In this document: positions 37,827-45,676 of the stretch, piece by piece
Layout of the letters: each line of letters starts with the position of its first letter
Numbering within the stretch: position 1 is the first letter of the stretch
NCBI GenBank assembly: GCA_964579825.1
Contig: CAZOHT010000004.1
Coordinates: 16,558-80,557 of the forward strand
DNA length: 64,000 nt
DNA from: an uncultured Anaerolineaceae bacterium
GTDB lineage: Bacteria > Chloroflexota > Limnocylindria > Limnocylindrales > CSP1-4
Direction of reading: 5' to 3'
Program-made: the position numbers and the translations under genes
Notes under the pieces: model-generated
The model's input: only the letters and a program-made list of their open reading frames with translations
Databases searched by the model: none
What the model was told of the DNA's origin: nothing

Positions 37827-39455
37827 ATGACCGAACGGGATCCGCGTCAGCCGGTCGAGTTCGAGGCCGTCGCCGTCCGGCCTCGGCGGACCAGGTTCGA
37901 CCCGGTGGCCATCGCGGTCGTCGTCGCGGCGGTCGGGCTGACGGCGGCCATCGTCAAGCCATGGGACGGCTCGACCGACCCGCAGGCGGCTGCGCCAGCG
38001 ATCGCGAGTGTCCCGCCCACCTCCTCGCCAGGGGCCAACCCGCTCGATGAGCCGCCGGCCGTGGTCGCGGTCGCCACGCCGCCGCTGGCCTGGTCCGACG
38101 TCGCGGGCATCGTCCGACCGCGCGACGAATGGGGGATCCGGACCATCCTGCGGACGCCCGGTCGCACGTCGACCGGGACGCGAACCAGCTACGACGAGCG
38201 ATGGATCCCCGTGTCGACGGAGGCCTCGGCCGACGTCGACGCGGTCGCCCAGCCCGGCGATCGGTCGATCGTGGCGCTCGGGATCACGACACCACCCGGA
38301 GCGTCGCCACTCGACGTCCGCATCTGGCGCCGGACGACGCGCGGCACCCTCCGCTGGCTGGACGCTCGCGCGATCGGCCGACTCCCGGCGCAGGGCGGCC
38401 TCCTCTTCGCGCCGCCACCGAACGACTCGGGCTCGCCCGCCTGGGTCGCCGGGGAGTACCGGATCGACGTCCTGACCGGCGACGGCGCGATCCAGCGGTT
38501 CAGGCTCGACATCCCGGACCGCTACGGGAACATCCGGGTCGGATCCCAGGATCCGGAGGGCGCCTCGGAGCTCGTACCGCCGTCCCAGGTCGACCCCGGC
38601 TCCGTCCCGGTCGGGGCCTTCGCGACCATCGACCGGGTCGGGCTGCCGCTCGACGGTCTCGGCGGTGTCGCCCTCGATGAGGCGGCCGCCTGGCTCGACA
38701 CCGAGCCTGGCTCCGGGCGCGCCCCTGCCGACCGCGTGTCGGTCGCCTACCTGCCGAGGGCGACCGGCCTTGGCGTGCGCGTGCCGGATGGCTCGCGGAT
38801 CCGGTCGGCCTCGCTGACGCGCCTGTCGCCAGGCCCGTTCGGCGGCTCGACACGTGTCGGTGGCGGTGTCATCGATCGCCGGAACGACGACCCGTGGATC
38901 GTGTTCGCCGCCAGGCGCGGCGAGGCATGGGATCCCGGCACGTACCGGATCGACGTCACCTGGTCCGATGGGTCGGCGGTACGCGAGTCGGCGTGGCTGA
39001 TCGAACTCCGGCCGGGTCCGACCACGGGACCACCCGCGATGCTCGCCATGACCCGGGCGTGGGCGCGACACGCCGGTTCGTCCGGGCTGGTCGTCGGTCG
39101 CGCCGAGCCGCTCGAAGGCGGGCCCCGGAGTTCCGCGATCCGGCTCCTGTCCACGACCGATCCGTGGAACGCGGCCGGCTGCGATGGCACGGTCGTCGAC
39201 GGGAGTCCCGAGGCATTCGGGGTGGCGTACCCGGTCGGCGAGAGACCGACGATCGGGCTCCTCGTGGTGGACGCGCCGGGCGTCGCACCCCGAGCGGTGT
39301 CCGTCCTGACAGCGCGAGCCGCGGTACCGGGCCTGGCCCTGGTGGTCCCGACCGATGGACCGACGTTCCAGCCCGGGATCTACCGCCTGACCGTCGCAGA
39401 GGGTGCCGATGCTCGAGTGATCACGGCCTGCGTCGGGGGCGCGACGACCCGATGA
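37827..39455 (+). CDS. N-terminally anchored hypothetical protein, paralog A
   Basis: MTERDPRQPVEFEAV..RFDPVAIAVVVAAVGLTAAIVKPW (one TM), then a Pro-rich linker. Shares DEWGIRTI, PLDVRIW, YRIDVL, ELRPGP and TRAWAR..GSSG with the next gene. Confidence 0.7.
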   Translation: MTERDPRQPVEFEAVAVRPRRTRFDPVAIAVVVAAVGLTAAIVKPWDGSTDPQAAAPAIASVPPTSSPGANPLDEPPAVVAVATPPLAWSDVAGIVRPRDEWGIRTILRTPGRTSTGTRTSYDERWIPVSTEASADVDAVAQPGDRSIVALGITTPPGASPLDVRIWRRTTRGTLRWLDARAIGRLPAQGGLLFAPPPNDSGSPAWVAGEYRIDVLTGDGAIQRFRLDIPDRYGNIRVGSQDPEGASELVPPSQVDPGSVPVGAFATIDRVGLPLDGLGGVALDEAAAWLDTEPGSGRAPADRVSVAYLPRATGLGVRVPDGSRIRSASLTRLSPGPFGGSTRVGGGVIDRRNDDPWIVFAARRGEAWDPGTYRIDVTWSDGSAVRESAWLIELRPGPTTGPPAMLAMTRAWARHAGSSGLVVGRAEPLEGGPRSSAIRLLSTTDPWNAAGCDGTVVDGSPEAFGVAYPVGERPTIGLLVVDAPGVAPRAVSVLTARAAVPGLALVVPTDGPTFQPGIYRLTVAEGADARVITACVGGATTR

Positions 39456-39474
39456 ACCGGCACGGAGCCTGCGC

Positions 39475-41136
39475 ATGAGCGAACTGGACCCACGCGGTCC
39501 GGCCGAGTTCGAGCCGGTGCGCATCGGCGGGCGTCGACGGCGATTCGACCCGGTGGTGCTCGGCCCGATCGTGGTGGTCGTGGCCCTGGTCGTGGCCGTG
39601 ATCAAGCCATGGGGTGGCGATGACCCCCAGGTCGCGGCCGTCCCATCCGCCGGCGCGCCGCAGACACCACAGCCATCGGTCATCGACACGCGCGGCGCCC
39701 TCGTCCCACCGCTCTGGGCCGATGTCCGTTCGGTCGTCGAGCGACACGACGAATGGGGGATCCGGACGATCGTGCTGGGTGCGACCCCGGATCCGGAGAC
39801 CGCTCCCCCCGAGACGCCGACCCTCGACGGGACCTCGGCCGCAGACCGGTATACCGAACGGTGGTTCTCCCCGGTCGCGGACGGCGGTACCACGATCGTG
39901 GATGAGGCCGAAGGATCGATCATCGCCCTTGGCGTGACCTTCCCCCAGAACGAGACCCCACTCGACGTGCGGATCTGGCTGGACCATGGGAACGACGAGT
40001 TCGAGTGGATGGATGTCCACCCGATCAACGATGTCCCGGCGCGAGGGGCATACCTGTACCTGCGCCGCGGGGTCGCGGGCGCCGCTGTCAGGGCGTGGGC
40101 GCCCGGTCGCTACCGGGCGGACATCCTCGTGGGGGACGGGATCCGCCGGATGGACGTGGTGATCCTCGACCATGACGGTCGGCTGCCGGCGCCAGACCCG
40201 TCGCCCCCGTTGGCGCCGCGCCTGGAACCCTTCGACGGTTCGAGGCTGGCGGGCCTCCCGCCGGGCCCGTTCCTCCAGGCCGACGGCGCGATCGTCGCGC
40301 TCGACGCGGCCGGTGGCCCGCCACTGGACGACACCGGTGCCTGGCTGGACGTGGATGCGTCCGGCGGTGATCGAAGCCCGACGTCGTTCGTGGCGCGGAC
40401 CTACCAGCCGGGGACGACGCACCTGGGTGTCGCGCTGCCGGCGTACTCGACCGTCCGGACCGCCTCCGTCCGCCGCCTCGCCCCGCTCGGCGACGCGTCC
40501 CCACGAGACCGCCAGAACGCCATCGGGTCGTTGGCCCCGATCTCGTTCGTCGCGTTCAGTCCCCGCGTCGGCGAGACCTGGCGACCCGGTGTGTACGCCA
40601 TGTCCGTGGCGTGGGACGACGAGGACGGCCCGCACGACCGGACGTGGCACGTCGAATTGCGCCCAGGCCCACTCCCGGCCACGCCGGTGATGTTGTCGGC
40701 GACGCGGGCGTGGGCGCGGTTCGTCGGGTCCTCGGGCGTCCTGCTCGGCTCGACCGGAGGCCTCACGGCGCCGGATCCACTGGGCATCCGGCTGCTGGAC
40801 ATCGCGCCACAGATCGACCCGGGCTACCCGGGGCTGAGTGGCACCGACGTCATCGGCTGCGGGGCCACGATCATCCGCGGCCGGCCCGAGGTCATCGGCA
40901 TCGTCGACCGGCCGGACCAGGCACTCGCGCCGGTCGCGGCACGGGTCCTGTATCCGTTCCCTGACGTCGGCCCACTCGAGATCCTGACGGCCTCGGGTGC
41001 GGTGCCCGGCCTGACCCTCGTCGCACCGGTGGTCACCGCCGAGTTCGGCGGCCAGGCGTCCTACGGGTTCCGGGCCGGCACGGACCAGGACGCCCCGGGC
41101 TACACCATCTGCATCGGCATGATCGCCCCAGGCTGA
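39475..41136 (+). CDS. N-terminally anchored hypothetical protein, paralog B
   Basis: MSELDPRGPAEFEPV..RFDPVVLGPIVVVVALVVAVIKPW. Same motif order as paralog A. Confidence 0.7.
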   Translation: MSELDPRGPAEFEPVRIGGRRRRFDPVVLGPIVVVVALVVAVIKPWGGDDPQVAAVPSAGAPQTPQPSVIDTRGALVPPLWADVRSVVERHDEWGIRTIVLGATPDPETAPPETPTLDGTSAADRYTERWFSPVADGGTTIVDEAEGSIIALGVTFPQNETPLDVRIWLDHGNDEFEWMDVHPINDVPARGAYLYLRRGVAGAAVRAWAPGRYRADILVGDGIRRMDVVILDHDGRLPAPDPSPPLAPRLEPFDGSRLAGLPPGPFLQADGAIVALDAAGGPPLDDTGAWLDVDASGGDRSPTSFVARTYQPGTTHLGVALPAYSTVRTASVRRLAPLGDASPRDRQNAIGSLAPISFVAFSPRVGETWRPGVYAMSVAWDDEDGPHDRTWHVELRPGPLPATPVMLSATRAWARFVGSSGVLLGSTGGLTAPDPLGIRLLDIAPQIDPGYPGLSGTDVIGCGATIIRGRPEVIGIVDRPDQALAPVAARVLYPFPDVGPLEILTASGAVPGLTLVAPVVTAEFGGQASYGFRAGTDQDAPGYTICIGMIAPG

Positions 41137-41163
41137 TGGACGCGGTCGGCTAGACTGGCGGCG

Positions 41164-42219
41164 ATGTCGCGTCTCCTCTCGCGCAAGGTCCCACTCGCCG
41201 AGCTCCATTGCCACCTTGGCGGTGCCGTGACCCCTTCGATCATGTGGGGCATCGCCCACTCGCAGGGGATCAAGCTCCCGACCAAGGACTACTGGGAGTT
41301 CCGCGACATGATCACCGTGTCGCCACGCCGGAACCGCTCGTTCGACGGCTACCTGCAGCTCTTCCACTGGACCGAGCTCATCCAGAGTTCACCGCTGGCC
41401 GTGGAGCGAGCCGTCTACGAGGTGGTCGGCGGTGGCTACCGCAAGAACAACGTCACCACCATGGAACTCCGCTTCAACCCGATGAAGCGAAACCGCGGCG
41501 GCGAGCAGGACCTCGATCACATCATCGCGGCGGCCGTCCGAGGCATGGACAAGGCGACGCTCGAGTATCCGGTCAAGCCCGGTCTCATCTTCTGCCTGGA
41601 TCGCGCGTTCCCGTTCGAGTTGAACGAGATCATCGCGGAGAAGGCGATCAGCTGGCGCGATCGCGGGGTCGTCGGGATCGATATCGCCGGTCCAGAATCC
41701 TCGACCTTCCGCGTCGCCGACTACCGGCGCCTGTTCCGGCGCGCTCGCCAGTACGGCCTGGGCCTGACGGTCCACACCGGCGAATCCGGCCCGGCCGACG
41801 AGGTCGCCCGCGTCGTCGAGCAGCTGGAGCCGGACCGGATCGGTCACGGCGTGAAGGCTGCGTACGATCCCCGGGCGATGGACATGATCCGCGAGCGCGG
41901 CATCGTGCTGGAGATCTGCCCCACGTCCAACCTGAACACGCGGGTCGTGTCCGGCTGGGACGAGTTCCGCTGGATCTTCGATACCTTCCGGCGCAACGAG
42001 GTCCGGTTCACGATCAACACGGACGGGCCGGAGATGCTCAAGACCTACATCCGCGACGAGATGGCGCAGCTCGGGCGACTCGGGATCCTGACCGTCGGCG
42101 ACCAGGAGGACGCGGCCGCGACGTCGCTGGCGGCCTCCTTCGTCCCGAATGTCAGCGACGTCCCCGCGCCACGCCTCGAACCGGCCGCGCGCACGGTCGT
42201 GGAGCGCGAGGAAGCCTAG
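41164..42219 (+). CDS. Adenosine/adenine deaminase family protein (atypical NTDGP motif)
   Basis: ELHCHLGG (HxH), TVHTGE, ICPTSN, INTDGP. Confidence 0.8.
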   Translation: MSRLLSRKVPLAELHCHLGGAVTPSIMWGIAHSQGIKLPTKDYWEFRDMITVSPRRNRSFDGYLQLFHWTELIQSSPLAVERAVYEVVGGGYRKNNVTTMELRFNPMKRNRGGEQDLDHIIAAAVRGMDKATLEYPVKPGLIFCLDRAFPFELNEIIAEKAISWRDRGVVGIDIAGPESSTFRVADYRRLFRRARQYGLGLTVHTGESGPADEVARVVEQLEPDRIGHGVKAAYDPRAMDMIRERGIVLEICPTSNLNTRVVSGWDEFRWIFDTFRRNEVRFTINTDGPEMLKTYIRDEMAQLGRLGILTVGDQEDAAATSLAASFVPNVSDVPAPRLEPAARTVVEREEA

Positions 42220-42947
42220 TCCGCGCTGTCCGCGCGTTCGGAGATCGTGTAGGAGCAGCAGCGATCGCCCGCCGCGATGTGGGTCTCGCGGACGACATCG
42301 GCGCAGAGGACCTCGCGGAACAGGTCCAGCTCGGCCTGGCAGGCCGACGGCGTCCCCTTGGCCACGTGATAGATGGCGCAGTTGTGCTCACGCAGCAGGA
42401 TCGTGCCGTCCGGGCGGACGAGGCTCTCCGCGAGGTACCCCTGGGCCGCCTGGACCTCGGCCAGGCCGCGGACGCGGTCCTCGATCGGCGCGTCCGCCGG
42501 CACTCGATCCGCCAGCTGGTCGCGGACCCGGTCGCTCAGCTGACGACGTCGAGCCGCGAAGACCTCCTCGATGAGCTCGTCGCCCCCGACCGCCCCGATC
42601 GCGGACAGCAGGCCACTGGCGAGCGCGTCGTAGGTCGAGGGGAAGAGGTCCTGCGCATCCGGGGTGACGTCGTACAGGTGGCGCGGCCGTCCGACGCCGT
42701 GCTTCACGGTCTGGCGGCTCACGAGGTTCGCGTCCTCCAGGGCCCGGAGCTGCTGCAGGACGCCGGTCCGGCTGGCCCCGAGGCGCGTCGCCAACTGATC
42801 GGGTGAGCTCGGTCCGTCCATCCGCAGCCGGATCAACAGGTCGCGGCGAAGCCCGGACGGACCGCCGGACGGACCGGCCGGGTTCGAGTCATGGACCGCG
42901 TCAGGACGGTGGCGCGCGTCGTCGATCGCTGCCGTGGGCTCGGACAT
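42216..42947 (-). CDS. Winged-helix (ArsR/DeoR-like) transcriptional regulator with Cys-rich SufR-like C-terminal domain
   Basis: N-terminal wHTH (LLIRLRMDGPSSPDQLATRLGASRTGVLQQLRALEDANLV). C-terminal C-x12-C-x11-C-x14-CC. Confidence 0.7.
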   Translation of the reverse strand: MSEPTAAIDDARHRPDAVHDSNPAGPSGGPSGLRRDLLIRLRMDGPSSPDQLATRLGASRTGVLQQLRALEDANLVSRQTVKHGVGRPRHLYDVTPDAQDLFPSTYDALASGLLSAIGAVGGDELIEEVFAARRRQLSDRVRDQLADRVPADAPIEDRVRGLAEVQAAQGYLAESLVRPDGTILLREHNCAIYHVAKGTPSACQAELDLFREVLCADVVRETHIAAGDRCCSYTISERADSAD

Positions 42948-43015
42948 GCCCGAAGGCTAGCATCGGTCGGCGGGAAGCGCTGTCGGGGCCGATGCGGCCG
43001 GACTAGACTCCAGCG

Positions 43016-44182
43016 ATGGACCTCGACCTGCCCGTCGAACACCGCCTCCTGCGCGACACGATCCGCGAGTTCATGCTCGACGAGGTGGCCCCGGCGATCG
43101 AGGCACACGAGCGCGAACGCCGCTTCCCGAGCGAGATCGTCCGGCGCATCGGCGAGCTCGGCTGGCTGGGCATCCCCATCCCCGAGGACGAGGGTGGGGC
43201 CGGGCTCGACACGCTCGCCTATGCCATCGCGATCGAGGAGATCGGTCGGGTCTGGGGCTCGCTCGGACTGATCGTCGCGGCCCACACGAGCCTGGGTTGC
43301 GGCCCGCTCCACCTGGCCGGTTCCCAGGCGCAGAAGGACCGCTTCCTCGTGCCGATGGCGCGCGGCGAGGTCATCGGGGCGTATGGACTCACCGAGCCGG
43401 GTGCGGGCAGCGATTCGGGCGGTACGCGGACGACCGCACGGCACGAGGACGGGCCGGACGGCGGGACCTGGGTCATCGACGGCACCAAGCGATTCATCAC
43501 GAACGCCGGCCAGGCCGGGACCTACATCGTGACGGCCCGGACAGGGACCCGCGACGACGGTGGCGCCGAGATCAGCGCGTTCATCGTCCCGGCCGACACG
43601 CCCGGCTTCTCGGTCGGTCGCCTCGAGGAAAAGCTCGGCCTCCACGCGTCGGCGACCGGCGAGCTGCGGTTCGAGGGCGCCCGGGTCCCGGCCGCCAACC
43701 TGCTGGGCGAGCAGGGGAGCGGCTTCAAGACGTTCCTCAAGATCCTCGACGGCGGCCGGATCAGCATCGGGGCGCTGGCCGTGGGCCTCGCCCAGGCGGC
43801 CCTGGATGCGAGCATCCCCTACGCGCAGACACGCGAGCAGTTCGGCCGACCGATCGGTTCCTTCCAGGGCGTCGCCTTCATGATCGCCGACATGGCGACC
43901 GAGATCGAGGCGGCCCGCGCGCTCGTCTGGAGGTCGGCCTGGCTGAAGGATCAGGGCCGCGACTACGGGCTGGTCGCCGCGCAGGCCAAGCTGTTCGCCT
44001 CGGAGGTCAGCTCGCGGGCGACGAATCACGCCATCCAGATCCACGGCGGTTATGGGTACGTGACGGACTTCCCCGTCGAGCGCTACCTGCGCGACGCGAA
44101 GCTGACCGAGATCGGCGAGGGGACCAGCCAGATCCAGCGCCTCGTCATCGCCCGGCGGATCCTGGGGCTCCGGGTCCTCTAG
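43016..44182 (+). CDS. Acyl-CoA dehydrogenase
   Basis: 388 aa; GAYGLTEPGAGSD, and C-terminal GGYGY..DFPVERYLRDAKLTEIGEGTSQIQ. Confidence 0.9.
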   Translation: MDLDLPVEHRLLRDTIREFMLDEVAPAIEAHERERRFPSEIVRRIGELGWLGIPIPEDEGGAGLDTLAYAIAIEEIGRVWGSLGLIVAAHTSLGCGPLHLAGSQAQKDRFLVPMARGEVIGAYGLTEPGAGSDSGGTRTTARHEDGPDGGTWVIDGTKRFITNAGQAGTYIVTARTGTRDDGGAEISAFIVPADTPGFSVGRLEEKLGLHASATGELRFEGARVPAANLLGEQGSGFKTFLKILDGGRISIGALAVGLAQAALDASIPYAQTREQFGRPIGSFQGVAFMIADMATEIEAARALVWRSAWLKDQGRDYGLVAAQAKLFASEVSSRATNHAIQIHGGYGYVTDFPVERYLRDAKLTEIGEGTSQIQRLVIARRILGLRVL

Positions 44183-44185
44183 CGG

Positions 44186-44935
44186 TCAGTCCGTGCGGAC
44201 GAGGCGGACGACGAGCCGGAACTGGCTCTTCGCCCCGACGCACGTCTGCAGCGTGAGGCTCGGGGCCGACTGGCCCGCGTAGGCCCAGGCGCCCTTGTCC
44301 GGCGTGGTGACCCGCCACCAGCGGACCTTGTACGTGTGGACCACGCCGTCGTTGCCGGCGTAGTGCAGGACCATGCCCTTGCGAAGGCGACCGGAGACGT
44401 ACGCGTCGTGGAGCGGCCTGAACACGCTGTGGGCGTGACCGAACAGGTACACGTTGTTCGAGCCCGCACAGCCCCAGCGGTACACGCGGTCGCCCGGATA
44501 GGCCTTGCTCGTGCAGGCGAAGAACGAGATCGACCTGCTGATGCCCAGGCTCGGGATCCAGACGTGGTTGCGGCCGCGATAGGACGTGGCCGCGGCGTCC
44601 GCACCGGACCCGGTCGAGTCGGTCGTGGCCTTCGGGACCGCCACAGCCTTGGCGACGGGGACATCTGGCGTCGGCGGCCTGACCGCGACCTGCGGCTCGT
44701 CGAGCGACGGCTCGCGGTGGGCCAGCTCGACCCGGAGCCACGCGGCAGGCGGCGCGGTCGGATCAGCGGCGCGACCGGGCGCCCGCGGCGCAGCCCGCTG
44801 GTCCGTGCCGCCGAGGACGCCACCATCGTTTCCGGCATCGCGGGCGATGGCGGGCGTGGCCGAGCCGGAGATGAGTGCGATCGCCAGCAGGAAGGACGGC
44901 GTCGCGAGGCGGAACGAGGGTCGACGGGAGGTCAT
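44186..44935 (-). CDS. Sortase-family transpeptidase-like protein (class E/F-like)
   Basis: Signal/anchor MTSRRPSFRLATPSFLLAIALISGSATPAIA, then YLFGHAH (His), LTLQTC (TLxTC Cys) and a downstream Arg (FRLVV). Confidence 0.7.
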   Translation of the reverse strand: MTSRRPSFRLATPSFLLAIALISGSATPAIARDAGNDGGVLGGTDQRAAPRAPGRAADPTAPPAAWLRVELAHREPSLDEPQVAVRPPTPDVPVAKAVAVPKATTDSTGSGADAAATSYRGRNHVWIPSLGISRSISFFACTSKAYPGDRVYRWGCAGSNNVYLFGHAHSVFRPLHDAYVSGRLRKGMVLHYAGNDGVVHTYKVRWWRVTTPDKGAWAYAGQSAPSLTLQTCVGAKSQFRLVVRLVRTD

Positions 44936-45127
44936 GGCCCGAGCATCCCGGCCGGCGCACCGGCGCACCGTGGCCCGGACGTCCGGTCGAGCCATGGGAA
45001 GGAGGAACGGTCATGGTCCGGGCCCGGGACGAAGGTCTGGTCACGTGCGCCGTGGTCCGCCCCGGTCCGGTGTGGTCGGGGGGAGTCGAGGTGTCGACGG
45101 ATCTAGCGGGCGCTCGTCGGCGCCGCG

Positions 45128-45658
45128 TCAGCCGCCGGTGCCGGCCGCGACCTGGAGCGCGTCCCGCAGGGCCGCCTTGAAGTCCGGCGCCCACGGTCCC
45201 TGGCCGACGAGGACGAACGGAGAGTCGTCGATCGTCTCGAAGGTGGCCGGGTCGGTCATGAACGCTTCGACGCAGGCGTCGATCGTGCTGCGCAACCGGG
45301 TGTACGCCTCGGCGTCCCGGAAGATGTAGATCCGGATCCGGTCCACGGCCGCCTGGTCGAGGCCGCTCGCGTCGAAGCCGATGGCGGTCTGGGTCAGCGT
45401 GTGGTCCGTGCAGCCCGAGTCGCCCGAGACGAGGTCGTCGATGACGATCCCGCGGCTGACGATCTCGGCCGCGATCCCCTGGAAGTCGGCCGGAGTGGGT
45501 GCCGGCGCCGACGTCGAGATCGTGCCGCACCCGGCGACCACGGACGCCACGAGCGTCAGCACGGCCAGCGTGGTCGGGAGCGGGCCGAGTCGAGGTCGCG
45601 GGCAGGTCACGGGCCGGAGGCTATCACCGACCGCAGCGACGTGCCGCGAGCGGGCCAC
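45128..45658 (-). CDS. Hypothetical lipoprotein
   Basis: Lipobox LVASVVAGC. 176 aa. No family recognised. Confidence 0.6.
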   Translation of the reverse strand: MARSRHVAAVGDSLRPVTCPRPRLGPLPTTLAVLTLVASVVAGCGTISTSAPAPTPADFQGIAAEIVSRGIVIDDLVSGDSGCTDHTLTQTAIGFDASGLDQAAVDRIRIYIFRDAEAYTRLRSTIDACVEAFMTDPATFETIDDSPFVLVGQGPWAPDFKAALRDALQVAAGTGG

Positions 45659-45676
45659 CGAACGATGCGACGCCAG

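Noticed and set aside
37710-41367. Two long minus-strand ORFs (772 and 648 aa) opposite the tandem paralogs
   Set aside because: They have Arg/Pro/Gly-rich shadow composition. The plus-strand frames show TM anchors, paralogy and high third-position GC.
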